A DNA stretch of 64,000 nucleotides from Ramazzottius varieornatus (lineage: Eukaryota; Animalia; Tardigrada), in contig BDGG01000007.1 of the NCBI GenBank assembly GCA_001949185.1, positions 1,074,730-1,138,729 on the forward strand. Reading direction: 5' to 3'. Shown here in pieces: positions 51,162 to 64,000 of the stretch. A program made the translations under genes and the position numbers. Below the pieces are notes generated by a model. The model did not search any database, had not been told where the DNA came from, and worked only from the letters and a program-made list of their open reading frames with translations. The stretch's first letter is position 1. Each line of letters begins with the position of its first letter.

Positions 51162-52384
51162 GTTCGCTCTTTGCGTGAAACTCAAGAACTTCTTCGTACG
51201 TTTTGGTGTTTGACTTGATTTTCTTATCCGCAGGCAAAAAGTTTGGATCTTTTGTTACGTTTAGGTAGCAAGTTTGGGTAACAAGTTCGGTAACGAGTTT
51301 CAGACAGTCTTGCTTCTGTTCCAGTTGAAAAAGTTCAGAAGACAGTGTGTACAACAGGTGGAACTTATTGGCTTCTTTACAGGTGGCGCTCCAGTCTTCC
51401 GGTGAACTTACGACTTCCCGAGAAATCTCGAACTGAGTTACCGCTGTAATTCGTGTTTGATACCATTTTTGGCAACGCAGTACGAGGAATGAGTTGGATG
51501 GAAACCCCATCGCACTCGCATTTGTAAATTACAAACTAGTGCTGACAGGCACGTCGACCAGAAAAATCAACTTGGGACTCAAGTTGAGTTAGCCGCCCCT
51601 TTTTTGCGGTTGTTAAGTTGGTCACGGGTATGGCGTGTATCGCTCGATTGGTCAGTCGATTTGAAGTCTAGGCTCTTCAACATGGGATCCGGATGCTTCT
51701 GAACTGAGACATTTTTGGATCGTGTGAAACCGTATGACAATGCCACGTGATACGATTCGACAGCCCATTGTTTTATTTATCGACCCATGTAAAAACATTT
51801 GAGAATATGAAGTTAGACAGAAAAGAAATAGACGGCTAACTCAACAACCGTTCACCGCAACTCATACGCCACGCCAAATTATGCAAGAAGCTACAACCGT
51901 TGAACTGTATAAGTTGATCACGTTTACCAATTACGGTAGGATATCGGAGCTGGAATAACTTTAGGCCGGCTCGTCGTCGGCAAACAGGATGTTGGAATTC
52001 CCAGTATTAGAACCGGGACTCAAACTCAAAGAATGCCGAAACGTTCTTGCTGCCATCAGCAGCAACGGCCGTCCACTTATGTTCCGCGGTCACGAGTCTG
52101 ACCACTCAGGCAGTAGAGCCCTGCGACATGCAGCACGTTCTGCACTGCACTGCATTTTACTGCAGTGCGTTTGCATGTTTGAAAAAGTGAGCACCGTTCA
52201 TCGCAGTATACTGTTGTGGGCTAGAAAACAGTAGTAAAATCGGCTTTTTTGCATTTTCTGGCCGGATTCTACCGTTTTTCGGTTAACGACGTTTACGTTG
52301 TCTTTTACATGCATTTCCGTTGGTGGGCAGAAACTCTTAATATTTAAATGCAGTGCGGTTAGCGATGTTGGCATAATGGTATCG

Positions 52385-52535
52385 CGACCTAATATAATCT
52401 TAATTTAATAAGCCCGGGCTGCCAGAGTTCTAATATGATCTTAATACAATATGCCGCGACCGCAGAACATCTAATATAATGTCAATATATTAATTTGCGT
52501 CGCTGGGTTTTTATTATAATATATTATAATATTTC
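52385..52535. repeat. AT-rich imperfect repeats (TAATATAATCTTAAT-like), probable transposon subterminal remnant
   Basis: Three direct copies and inverted ATTATAATAT motifs in an otherwise balanced-GC region. Confidence 0.4.
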
Positions 52536-53260
52536 AGTCATTTTTAGATTCACATGTCAACGGGAAAAGGTAACTTTCTTCCTTAACAATTTCACCTGTA
52601 AAACAGTTTTATCCATTTCCAGCAATAAAAAGGTCATGAATCATCTGTTAAAAGTGCTACCAAGGAACCGTACAAAAACAACAGCAGTTTTAGCGGCTGT
52701 TGTCTGTTCTGTCTGGTGCTTGGGGAAGTCCCTCTTTCAAGCCGTGCTGGCATCCTTGGGATGACGGTCATCCCAAACGCACTGCAGGATCGCGCTGCAA
52801 TGCGTTTTTTATAGCGTGAATGGCGGGTATGCAAGTGAGTCCCCGAAATCGCAGTCCTGCACTTACCAATCAAATAAGCTGCTTCAATCAAGTCACCACA
52901 TTCGAACCTTCGTGAGTGTATCACACGCGCAGGTGCTTGTCAGAGAAGTCGAAACGAGCTCGTGAGTAAAAGAATTACTTTTGTAAAATACCGGGAAAAT
53001 TTGGAAAAAGGAAAAAGTGCGCCACTTTCGCGTTTCAAGCATAAAGTTTTTTGTCGTAATTTTGAGTGCAGTAGTCGCACCACGGGGTTTTTGGGTTTTC
53101 CCGGATGAAAACAGTTTGGTTTATCGCATAAGAATAAAGATTAGTGACGAAACGTGCATGGAAAATTAAAGGGAATTCTTTACCTCGCTGTACAAAGTGG
53201 GTGCGGCCACATTGTAATATGTCCCGAACCTGCTACTTCTCCAGCTAAGTTGCTCTATAC

Positions 53261-56034
53261 CAGAGCATAAAAATGGTCTGTTAAGCGGAACTGAACTGCA
53301 TTTAACGGAAATTTCGATCCGCTTCCGTTCTGGAATACCCGATATTTTTTCCGCTTTTTTCCGTTCGGTTTCTGACAGAATGACGTTCCGCCCGTTCCGT
53401 TCTGATCGGACTGGCTGTTAGAAACCGAAATAATTACCTAACACAGCCACATAGCAGAGCACGTAAGCTATAGCTAAATATGACCATCGCGCAACTCATT
53501 GAGCAAGTCGCTGGATGGTGTCGTATTCTGAATCGACTTGCTAAGTTGCAGTTGATTCTTGTATTAGTTTGGTTCTGGATTTAGTCCGCTGGTTTTGATA
53601 TCGTCTCTTAATCTACCACGTCGCTGGCAGGCTGGATCATGTGAGTGCAGCTCATATTCGGTTGAGTACGGTAAGATAATAGTGATTTTGTAGGTCGGGA
53701 CAGAGTTCGGGCGATGAAGGTGAAGTGGAGCTGATAGATCTGAGCGGCGAAGCCTAGAAGAAGCGAGCTAGCGATTCAAAGCGAGCTGCGAAGAAAGTCA
53801 AGGCGTCAACCTCACTGCAGCTAAGAGGACTTACGGTAGCCGAGGTACAACGCGGCATCAAAGATGAGTCTTTCGCGGCTAAAGAGAATGCGAGGGGAAG
53901 AAGTGCCGTGTGGGAAGAGTAGTCACAGTGGATACGGACGAGGTGCTGGACTTCATTGCCTGTAAGAACTGCACTCAAGTGTACACTTTCAGCATTAAGA
54001 CTGGAACAGCCTCGCTATTACACCATTCAGCCAAGTGTAAGGAGAAAGCCGCAGGTTCGATACAGCAGTATCTGAAGGTCGGAGTAACGACGGAAGAAAA
54101 GCAACTCATGTCGGAAGCTCTTGCAAAGTAATATTGAAATTGCTAATTTGATCTTACGTTATTGTTTGACGGATTTTGATGTGTGCTATTGTTCGAAGAT
54201 TCTGTGCTTTGGATTCTCGAGCATTCCGAGTGTGCGAAGGAAAAGGATTCGAGCTAATGATTGTCACGGTGTTGGGGATAGCAAGAAAGCATAAAGGAGC
54301 TCCTTTTCCTGCTCGCGAACTTCTTCCATCTGCTGCCACCGTTGGCACCAGCGTGACCAACCAAGCTAAAGCTCTACGGAAGATAAGTGTTCCAAAGCTG
54401 AAAAAGATCCTTACAACCAGAGGTGTCTGTATCAGCCTGGATGGATGGACGGAAGATTACACAAAGACCAAGTTCGTCGGGTTCATCATCCATTACACGG
54501 AGGACTGCATTCTAAAGGAAGAGCTGATTACTATACCTGAGTTCGATGCGACTAAGAGTCAGACAGTTAAGTTTAGATTCTACTCGTAATCGAAAGCGTT
54601 GTCGGATTACGGGCTGGTGTTTTGCAGCTGGGGCAGTTCGTGGCTTTGTGTTTAAGACTTTGGCAGACATTTGCATCTCAGAAGAAGAATGCGTGGACGT
54701 TACGTTCATAACAGATGCTACTGCTACTGTGATTGCTGCCTTCAGAGTTCCAAATAGAACCATTCTTAAACGTGTCAGCTGTGCTTGTCATATGCTCAAC
54801 ACATGCTTACAAAACTCAGTTAACCGGAAGCCAAATTCGCAGTTCGAACTGAGTGATGAAGGAGTTCCGATTTCAATCTTGATTCAGTCCTGTAAGTCGC
54901 TGGTAACGTACTGCAAGCGAGCCTATCTTAGCTGCCGTCTGTCGTTTGCCCCTTTTCAAACAGTCGAAACGCGGTGGAACTCCAACCTGGACATGCTGTA
55001 TTCCATTATCTGGCTCTACTCAGAACTCGACGACATCTTGCAAGAAAGAGACGAAAGGAACCGACCTCCGGCACCTGTCGACTTTCTCCGTGCTGTGGCT
55101 GAGCTGCTGCAACCCTTCAAGACTGCCACGTTGGCTCTAGAGTCATCGAGCATTCCGACGATACACCTGGTCGTACCTTACTTCATCAAAATCCGGGCGC
55201 ACGTCAGTCAGCCAATTTCTGAAGAGTTTCAAGACTTACCCCAGTACAGCGCTCCTGTGGCATATCAGGTAAGATTAAACTTCTTTGACACGACATGACA
55301 TGTTTCTCAGTCACTCACGAACTTCCGTATTTGCAGAAACGGCTTAAGAAAGTCCGTGACGCTAAACTGGTCGTTGACGAACTACACAAAGGAGCAGTGT
55401 TCCTCAATCCAGCCATGAAAGGTCTCCTGATGTACCCTACCGCTGAACAAAGTGCGATTATCAATGGCGTGCAGAAAATGTGCGGAACAACCAGCTTAAC
55501 TGCACAGCCAATAGCAGTGACCACAGATACAGCTTCGTCGTTCACCGAGTTTAGCCAGTTCTGCCGTTATTCACTGCAGTGCGGTCAATCACGCTGACGA
55601 GATAAGTCTCTATCAAAGCCTACCGCCACCTGTAAGCTCCAAACCGATCCTGGAATTCTGGCAAGAGCATGCAGCTACTCTTCCGAAGCTTTACAAGCTG
55701 GCTGTGCGGGTTCTCGCGGTTCCCGTCTCTAGCTGTTCCCCCGAAAGACTGTTCAGTGATGCTGGAAATATTTTCACCGAAAAGAGAACTTCCCTAGACG
55801 GCGAGAAGTTAGATGATCTGCTGTACTTGAAGTGGAATTTGGTTGTGGAAGATAGTGGAAAGCCGAAGACATCGGCGAAAAATAGTTTAAAAATAGTTTA
55901 AAAATAGTTTTAAAGCGTGAATCTTTGGCGATCATAAACTGTTAATTTCTGTGCGAACGGTGTATTTTAGTTTCGGTTCCGAACATCGAAATCTTCCGTT
56001 CAGTTCCGTTGAAAAATTTGCGCTTGCTTTCCGC

Positions 56035-56065
<31 letters not shown>

Positions 56066-56116
56066 TTTGGAAAATGTGGATTTGGTTTCCGGTTTATCGA
56101 ACGGTTTTATGCTCTG
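53261..56116 (+). mobile_element. Full-length hAT transposon (2856 bp) with intron-containing, frameshifted transposase
   Basis: TIR CAGAGCATAAAA; 8-bp TSD CTCTATAC (53253-53260, 56117-56124). BED finger (SAVW..CKNC..LLHH..C), SLDGWT, CACHMLN, ETRWNS, ERLFSDAG..KRTSL. Frameshifts near 53920 and 55590. Confidence 0.95.
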
Positions 56117-56505
56117 CTCTATACCAATCAACCGCGTACTCTGCCGTGTGATCGCTCTTGTCATGACACCAATATTTTCAGGGTTTTTAAATTCAGCCGA
56201 AACTTGCCAGTTTTGGACATTGTTAAAGCCAGCGACATTGTTGAAGGGGGGGCGTTACTCACTCCTGCGAGGCAATGGTATGTGTGGTACCAGAGTGAAA
56301 CGAAACTACCTCTAGTGTACTCACTGCATTAAAAGTGCGTTGATACACATTTCCCCAGTCAATCAATGATGTCCAAAATCAACGGCGGAACTCAAGTTAG
56401 AAAGATCGGCCATGGTCAATCAAGGGCTAACTCACGATCAACAGGAAAAGTCCGCCCTGTCTTGTCTTTCTACGCTTGACTATCGGATTGGACTTGTCCA
56501 GTGTA

Positions 56506-57810
56506 TCAACGAGCCTGTACGGAGGCCTGCACTGCAGTGAACACACTTGGGGTTACTCTGGTGGTACCCCGAGGACTCCTGGTTGTGAACGTCGCTTGCT
56601 CAGAAATCACAGCTCCAGTGTCCAGAGTCACTTCGCCGCTGCATACGTATGATCCGCCATGCAACGAGTGATTGAAGCTGGGATTGGTCAGCGTCGACGA
56701 AACGCATTCGCAGTAGGAGTACCAGTTGCTCATTCTATCGGGCTGCACGGAAAGGTATCCGGCTGTCCAGGTAGCAAGTTGAAACTTCCAGCTAATCTTT
56801 GCAGCTGGTCGACCAGAGAACCTGCAGTAAAGCTCTACACGTTCACCATCTGTGGGGCTGGTGATTTGGGCATGGTTCTCCGGACTACCGAGTTTCAAAT
56901 CTAATAAAATTTCAAGGTGGTTGGGGAATGTTAGTGAGAAAAGACGTCAAAGTAAATTCTGGCTGGGCAAGAAGAGCAACATTGCATACAGTTGCGAGTC
57001 AGATGAAGATCTGCAGCCGGAACACTGATGTAGCTATTAGTAAACGACTTTGTCGCCTACGCCAAGCATCGATAATGTACCGACTCGAAAGAATTGATGA
57101 CGGCGTTTTGGGGGACAACGAAAGTGTACTCAGCAGCGAAAGCTTCACCAGTGCTAGAATCAAAACATCAAGAACGCATACTGTAAAGATTTGAACCTGG
57201 CAGCAAACTGATAAGTTTCAAGCAGGTTGATACAACTTAGTGCTGTCGGATTTTTCAAAAATCTATCATGTAAGTCGGTTCGTCAACTAACAAAATGTCT
57301 GTTTGATCCCTAGTACAATTGATAGTCTGAATGATGTTCCGTGCGTTTGCACTTGCCTATTTCTGGTCGCAGCAATGGTTTCAGTAGCGTCCTCGATTGA
57401 TCCGGCCAAAGCCATACGATAAGCAGTCAGCTTGAACGGATGCTAGGAGCTAGCTCTGCATTTTCCGCTGGACGGCGCATAGAAACCGACCACTTGAGAA
57501 GACACTGTGATGTTGCTCCCGAAACTCATATCAATGTCAACCCAGTGACTTTTGGTGGCAGTCTGTCGTGGATTCCTGGACAACAGACGAGCTGCCGGGG
57601 TTTTCCGGCTTGAAAGGGTGGTGGATTCCCAAATTATGGGGATACTGGACGCAGGAATTGCCGTGGTAGTGGATGCCCAGATTTTCGGTGTAGTGAGATT
57701 CAGAATTCCCGTGGTATCGAACTCCGAGATTTCTGCGGTAGCGAGTTTCGGGATTCCCGTGGTAGTAGATTCGGAGACTTCTGCGATAGTGGATTGCCGG
57801 ACACCTATTA
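56506..57810 (-). pseudogene. Ig-domain/mucin-like gene remnant
   Basis: Ig I-set pattern VELYCRFSGRPAAKISW...GGSYVC (56506-56898). Upstream imperfect repeats read as Thr-rich STTTGIP units; intervening frames contain stops. Confidence 0.55.
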
Positions 57811-58482
57811 ATCGGCAAGCTTAACAACGTATTCATTCGAATGATTTGAATCCGAACATTAACTTCATGTTGTGGGCGAAAATGTTTCATAAACCCTGAG
57901 TAGCAGCATATGTGCATCGAAGAATTCCTTACCTTCAACAAACAATCCTGGCCACAGAATCATATGTCCAAAAGCATCACAGCAGTACAACCGCCACATG
58001 ACCGCTAATTGCCGATAATACCAATCGAAACACGGTAGCTTTCCGCACTACTGAACTTTTGAGGTGGTACCAACCCTGAGAACGAAGGTCGGAAGGGCGT
58101 TGAAGATTCCGGCCTGACCGAATTCTGAAAGTCTCCGCTGGTAGGTCAAGTTTAGGACGGTTAGTCTCACTCGCTCTTGAAATAACATGCATACTCCAAG
58201 GAGAAAGTGTCCCAGGTTGCACGTGTATGTTCTCAGGTCGTGACCCCATGCGTTCCCCAAAAGAGTTTGCTGTCCCTCAGATTGATTTTATCTGTTCCGT
58301 TTACAGTTCAATCTACACCATGGGTTCTGACACCCTTCCCCTGAGAGCAATTTTTGACTCCATAATTCTAGTTCATTGACCTCCTGATCCAGCGGACGAA
58401 ATCGAGGATCACAACTGACAAGCGACGTATTTGTCAGCGCAAAAATCAAAAAGAACTTCTCTCGCATTTTCGATACAGAGGT

Positions 58483-58850
58483 TCAACATCTTGTCCGCTT
58501 ATTTTTCGCTGTTCGTAATCTATCAGCAAGCACAAAAGAGGACATATTCAAAGAATCTGCCGCCATATATCCAGCATAGTCATAACATTTGGAACTATTC
58601 AAGAAAGTAGGCAGTGAGTAGGATACATTGTACTTCCGATCACCAAACAGATATTTGCTAAAGTAGTCATAGTCTTGGTAGGTGTGCAGATGCAGTGGTC
58701 CTCCGACCGTACAGTTTGCCTCGGAATTAGTCGGATGGTCAAGGTCCAGTTTGAGGAACGAGTGACTTTTTCCCGATTCCAGGACCTCATTAACCGCTGG
58801 GTGACCACCATACATTGACAGAACGCCCTAATGCCATTCTGGCCATCCAG
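58483..58850 (-). other. Coding-like exon of unknown domain, paralogous to 61690-62035
   Basis: GHPAVNEVLESGKSHSFLKLDLDHPTNSEANCTVGGPLHLHTYQ aligns with GHLAVNEILKSGRRHAFHKLDLDHLTNSPANCTLEGPLNLHTYQ. Confidence 0.6.
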
Positions 58851-59209
58851 GCGAATACAAGTGGTCAATACAGCAACTTGGCGAATTTATCAAAATCTTG
58901 CGGTAAGCCAAAACTCTTTTTCAAAATGTTGGCAACTGCCGTGGGCGGTGTACTGCTTGATTGAGAGAAGATGGTTGAGGCATCATGTGTACCAAACTGG
59001 GAGGGGAAAGGTGGAAGCGTTCGAGAGTACACTATGGGTGAAAAGACCGAAATTTCATTGGTAGAGTTAGACCTATTAGTTGTGAATCGCGTCGAATTGA
59101 TATTTCTGTTTCCAATTAAACCGAAATCGAATCTTAAGTACTGTCAGGACAGAAAATACCAAAACGAATGAAAACCCACACATTCTCGATGAAGACACAG
59201 ATCTATGTT

Positions 59210-61610
59210 CGACTATCTAGCGGCTCATCGCTCGACCTCGTCTTCTCCTCCCAAGTTAATCTAGTTCGCGGCGTGCGCATCATTAAGCCTCCTGTAGCTA
59301 CCAATGACCACCGTGGCATACGATTCAGCCTCGAGATCATGACGCCAAAGACAACGGTGAAGCCAAGGAAGATATGGGAAGTTGACTACGACGGTGCAAG
59401 AAAATTTCGCACCAGCCTTTCTTCCGTTGATTGGGGTGCTTTCTTTGATATGTACTGTAATGCCGACGTGGCAGTTATATCGTTTCAGGAACTGTTTCGC
59501 GCTACTGCAAAAGACTGCTTCCAGCTCAGGTCTGTAGGATCCAGACGCCTTCTACGTCCCTCACTTTTGGTCACGACTGTTGAGAGTCTACGAAAGTCCA
59601 GAGGTGCCTTTCAGAAATGGAGGAAGACAAAGGATTCGAAAGATTACGATGCTTGGAAGGAATCGGAAATCCGTAGCAAGAGACTGATTCGCGCTGATCG
59701 ATATCGAAGACTCGGTACCATCGCATCGTCATCCAAAAGAAATCCACGAGCGGTCTGGCAGTATCTCAAGAAAAAGCACCGTCTCAAACCCCCTCCCTCC
59801 CATTCGGATTCCATGCAGCGAACACCGATCGAAGACAAAGCAAACCATATCAGCACTGTCTTCGCCAAAGAGTACGTCGATTGTCCAGCCCGGTGCAGTC
59901 AGCAATACAAGTCCCTACCATGTCGAATAACTCCACCATCCCCTGTCCATTGTCCTGAACTGTAGATCTCCACTTCATCGATTTTGAGCATCATCCGCAA
60001 GCTGGACGCCCGGAAAGCAGCTGGATCCTCTCTCATTACAAACCATCTTCTTAAGATTGCAGGTAAGACCATCATCTACCCTCTCTCGAGACTCTTCAAC
60101 CTGATACTTCTGTCTAGAAAGATTCCCACAGCGTGGAAGATGGCAGACGTCGTTGCCATTCCGAAGAAAGGTGGCTCCGCCTTCCGCCCAATATCGCTCC
60201 TGCTTTCCCTCTCAAAGGTATTCGAGAAAATTCTTTCCGACCATGTCACCCACTTCCTCGATAGCAACAAGCTGTACTCTGATTCTCAGTTTGGTTTTAG
60301 ACGTCAGTGGTCCACGGAGATGCAGCTCTTGCAGATGTGTCATCAGTTTTCGGAGGTCGTTCTGGAAAGGAAAGAAGCAGACGTTATCTTTCTCGATTGT
60401 ACCATGGCCTCCGACAGACTACCGCATGACGTCATAGGTACTAGTCGCCAGAAGCATGGCGTGGATGAACACCTCCTGGCGCTCTTCTCCGACTACTTGA
60501 AGGGTAGAAGTAAGAGAGTGATGGTAGATGGTTTCTTTTCAGAAGAGATAACAGTGAAGTCAGGAGTACCTCAGGGTTCCATCCTGGGGCCTACCTTCTT
60601 CACTGTTGCAGTAAATAACCTCTCGGAAGCTGTCCAGTCAAGAGTACTACAGTACGGAGATGACATCGTCCTGTACAGGAAGGTGAGTGGTGAAGAAGAC
60701 TGCCCTGCTTTGCAGGAAGACCTAAACAACTTGGCAAAGTGGTGTTCCGAGGTGGGACTCGAGATCAACCCCCAGAAATCGCAGCATCTCCGCATCTCTA
60801 ATAAGAACAGAAAGACTGCCATTCCAGCTGGTAGCTACAGCTTCAATGCAGTGGTCATCCCGACGGAAGCCGAAGCCGAGTGCCTAGGTGTGACGATCTC
60901 GAGCCGAATGGACTGGGCAGGTCAAGTGGACAAGGTGGAAGCCAAATGCAGAAATAGACTTTACTCCATCAAAGCCTTTCTCCCTCGTCGTTTCGGTATG
61001 GTCGAGCAGCTTCTATTCAAGAGCTTAGTTCGATCAGTAATGGACTATGCTTCATCATCATGGCATACCACGGGGAAAGGGCTACAAAAGAAGCTTGAGA
61101 ACATCCAAAAGAAATTCCTGCAGAGTATTCGCCTGGGCTGCTTGGAAAGTAGCGAAAAACACTATGCATACATCGCGCAATACCAGCAACATCTCGGCGA
61201 GACTGGGTGGCATCCTTTATGGCAAAGAAGACTAGACGGTATTCTGTTAAATACTTACAAGATCTGGAAAGGCATGGTCGCAGGTGGCGATCTCATCATG
61301 AAAAGAGAAATGCCCGGAAGGACCACCAGGAGCCAGTTCAAAGATTTCCTCCTGTCACCTGTCAGCTTCGCTCCAGCATCGTGCAAGCTGTTGGACTCCA
61401 TTACGGCCTCCTTCGCCTACGTTGCTGCAGAGATTCTTAAAGATCCACTCTTTAGCCCTAGTCCTGGTCAGTTGCTCACTCTTGGCGCTTTTAAGAACTA
61501 CTTGTTAAACTTTAAGTTTTCAAACCTGAAGTGGTGCAAGGATTTTATCGATTCTCTGTTGGTTGTATAGTTGTTGTATTTTTGTACAGCAGCTGTCTTT
61601 TTCTCCACGG
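59210..61610 (+). mobile_element. 5'-truncated non-LTR retrotransposon (APE remnant + reverse transcriptase; CR1/Jockey-like)
   Basis: APE end LDLVFS..NDH. RT motifs IPKKG..FRPISLL, QFGFR, GVPQGSILGP, YGDD, CLGV. In-frame stop at 59963-59965. Confidence 0.93.
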
Positions 61611-61689
61611 CTTCCTTGCCAATTTTTCTTCAAATTTTGTCCCCTAAGCGCTTAGCCTGGCAGAGCATTCGGACAATAAAGGTTATTAT

Positions 61690-62035
61690 TATTATCTTTG
61701 GCCGCTCGTAATCTATTAGCAAGATTGAGAAAGTCGTAGTGAGCAAATCTGCCGCCATACATCCACCATAATTACAACACCTAGAACTATTCAAGGATGT
61801 TGGCAGAGAGTGGGGCTCGTTGTACTTCCAACTACCAAACACATACTTGCTAAAGTACTCGGAGTTTTGGTAGGTGTGCAGATTAAGTGGTCCTTCCAAC
61901 GTACAGTTTGCTGGGGAATTGGTCAGATGATCAAGGTCCAGTTTATGGAATGCGTGGCGTCTTCCTGATTTCAAGATCTCATTGACTGCTAGGTGGCCTC
62001 TGTACAACAACACAATGCCATTCTGGCCACAAGGG
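61690..62035 (-). other. Second copy of the unknown coding-like exon
   Basis: Colinear protein similarity to 58483-58850 over ~100 codons. Confidence 0.6.
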
Positions 62036-64000
62036 CGCACCGCTCCACCAATCAATAGTACACGCTCGAAGGGAAAGCTTGGAACAGTAAAAAGTTTGGA
62101 ATAGGCGGACAAAACGGCAGATTTAACCGTAGAAAATCGTCCAAAAGTGCGTTGGTGTGAATTGCACATGAACGTACGAACTTCCGTTCCGCCGTTCCGG
62201 GATCGTCTGTTCCAAACTTTTTGCTGTTTCAAACTTCTCTTCGAGCGTTTACGCTGTTTGGGAGAGAACTCAATCCCGCTCAGGAGCACCATCCAGTGCA
62301 CAGTTCGTTCAGCGACTTTGGCGACTAGTTGTGGCGGACCGATCCAGGTTGAGTCGATGTTTCGCACAGACGAGTTTAAGCTCTGTTTCATACACAGATG
62401 GGTGCTACTTTTAGCCTCCGACTGATTGACAGCTGACCGTTGATTGGCTGGTCTGCCGCGTGCTCACTACACGGGACGGATTCACGCGTACGACTGTGTG
62501 GAGGATCGTACACACTGACGATCAGAGATCCTATCAGTTGATCTTCCCCGGGATGATCAAGAGCTGATCTTAACTTTCTAAAACGGTCAAGTTGACCCGC
62601 CTCGCGAACTAAGAACTATGGCCGTAAAAGAATCCATAAAAGTATCGGACGGGTTGGCCAGGAGGCTAAAAGTACCACCCATCGGTAGATGAAACAGATA
62701 TTAAGTGTATACCGCTGTAGTTGGCGACGTGAGCCAGCTTTTCCAGTTGAAAGTATTGCTGTATGCTCCGTTCTCTGTGACGAATGGGCAGTTCGGTGGA
62801 GCCCACTGGGCGAAAGCCGGCGTGATAAGCACGTCGAGGTTAAAACGGACCACGTAATCGTGCAGTAGAGTAGGCAGCAGAATATTTCACGAGTCGATAG
62901 ATGGAGTCGATGAAAGGATCCTCTTTCATTTTTTCGTAGATATCCGACTGATATACTGTGATTAGCACAGTACGAATTTATTACGTTTGGTCGCGCCGGT
63001 ACAGTCCATTAGTAGACACGCTGTTTCGTATCTGTGGAATTTGGACCTATTTTCCAGTCTTGGATTCGAGCATACTCCACAAGGATGCATTTGAAGGGTT
63101 CGGATGCATTGCGGCGAGGTATCGTGCTACGTCCAACCTGCAGCAACTCGAAAAGATTGGTGTTGCCAACGTTGAGGACCAAGTCAGTGCGCCACAAAGG
63201 CGGCTCGGTTTCAGAGATTTCCAGTAAACTTCGCATGCACCATTTCAGCTGATGACAATACGTACACGCGCGACGAGATATTATGGACCAGTAAAAATAA
63301 GGGGACACGCGGAAAAGACGGCAAATTTATAGTTTGTATACAGGTTGATTCGAATTCTTCGGATCGTTTTCGAAACCCTACGGAAAAATCAGCAGCTATC
63401 TCCTTGCTACCAGAATTAACCCCCAGGTGGCTAGAGTATCCAACAATGAATCCTGGAAGTTTCACAGAGGTCGCGTGTATCTCACAAAACACGCACAGAA
63501 ATGTCTGAACTGCCTGGAAATCGATCAGTGATTTAGACGCCCCACATTTTCGCAGCTCAAATTAGTTTGCTTCTAAACGATAGTCTTTGAAACACTTCTG
63601 CTGATGCTATGTCATTCGCATATCTGTTGGCCTTGGGAAATATTCTTCTGAAATGTCGTTCCTTGCGTCGGACGTGCGACACTTCATTTCTGACTGCTGC
63701 AAGAAAAATTTCGTTTTTCTCGTATTTTTCGTTTTTAAGGAGACGGTAAACTTCGAGCTAGATTCTATTTGTAAATTTGACCAACCAGTTGTCCAACAAA
63801 GAATGTTCAGGACTATCATATCATTTCATACTTCAACCAAAAAATATCAAAATAAAATGTGAATTTTTGGTCGAGAAGTGACGGTTTTGCTTTTTTTATC
63901 TCCTCTGAGACCTCCAGGAAATTCCGCCCAGAACAGTTACATGCAGTCGATAGCTCAGAGAGCGATCTATCAGATAAGTGGTGAAACGATGAGATTGGAC

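Noticed and set aside
57537-57941. ORF with YHGN repeats
   Set aside because: Alternative frame of the same repeats; the Thr-rich frame following a splice acceptor is more plausible.
62958-63492. Short ORFs near window end
   Set aside because: No domain or consistent splice model found.
1-64000. CRISPR array, operons, prokaryotic defence system, rRNA/tRNA
   Set aside because: No regularly spaced repeat-spacer array or recognisable structural RNA was seen; genes are intron-containing eukaryotic genes.

Overview
Eukaryotic (animal) genomic DNA, not prokaryotic. It has short GT-AG introns, roughly balanced GC, and two 50-N assembly gaps (12984-13033, 26197-26246). The compact, intron-poor architecture plus a TRH-type GPCR fit a small invertebrate; a tardigrade-like genome is only my guess. 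About the first 25 kb is a transposon graveyard: two pogo-type elements, three copies of an internally deleted piggyBac, several nested MITEs, an FMO pseudogene, decayed unknown genes, and a small family of single-pass PPxY-type membrane microproteins. The middle holds a TRH receptor-like GPCR, a LolA/ependymin-like plus PAN-domain membrane protein, an unknown tail-anchored protein, a GT23-type fucosyltransferase, and a tandem pair of bacterial BglX-like GH3 beta-glucosidase genes that have acquired introns and signal peptides (likely horizontal transfer, now decaying). Then come Arp1 (centractin) head-to-head with a highly divergent, expanded TAF10-like gene, a full-length hAT transposon with 8-bp TSD, a decayed Ig/mucin gene, and a 5'-truncated LINE between two paralogous exons. 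All family assignments are from motif recognition by eye; no searches were run.
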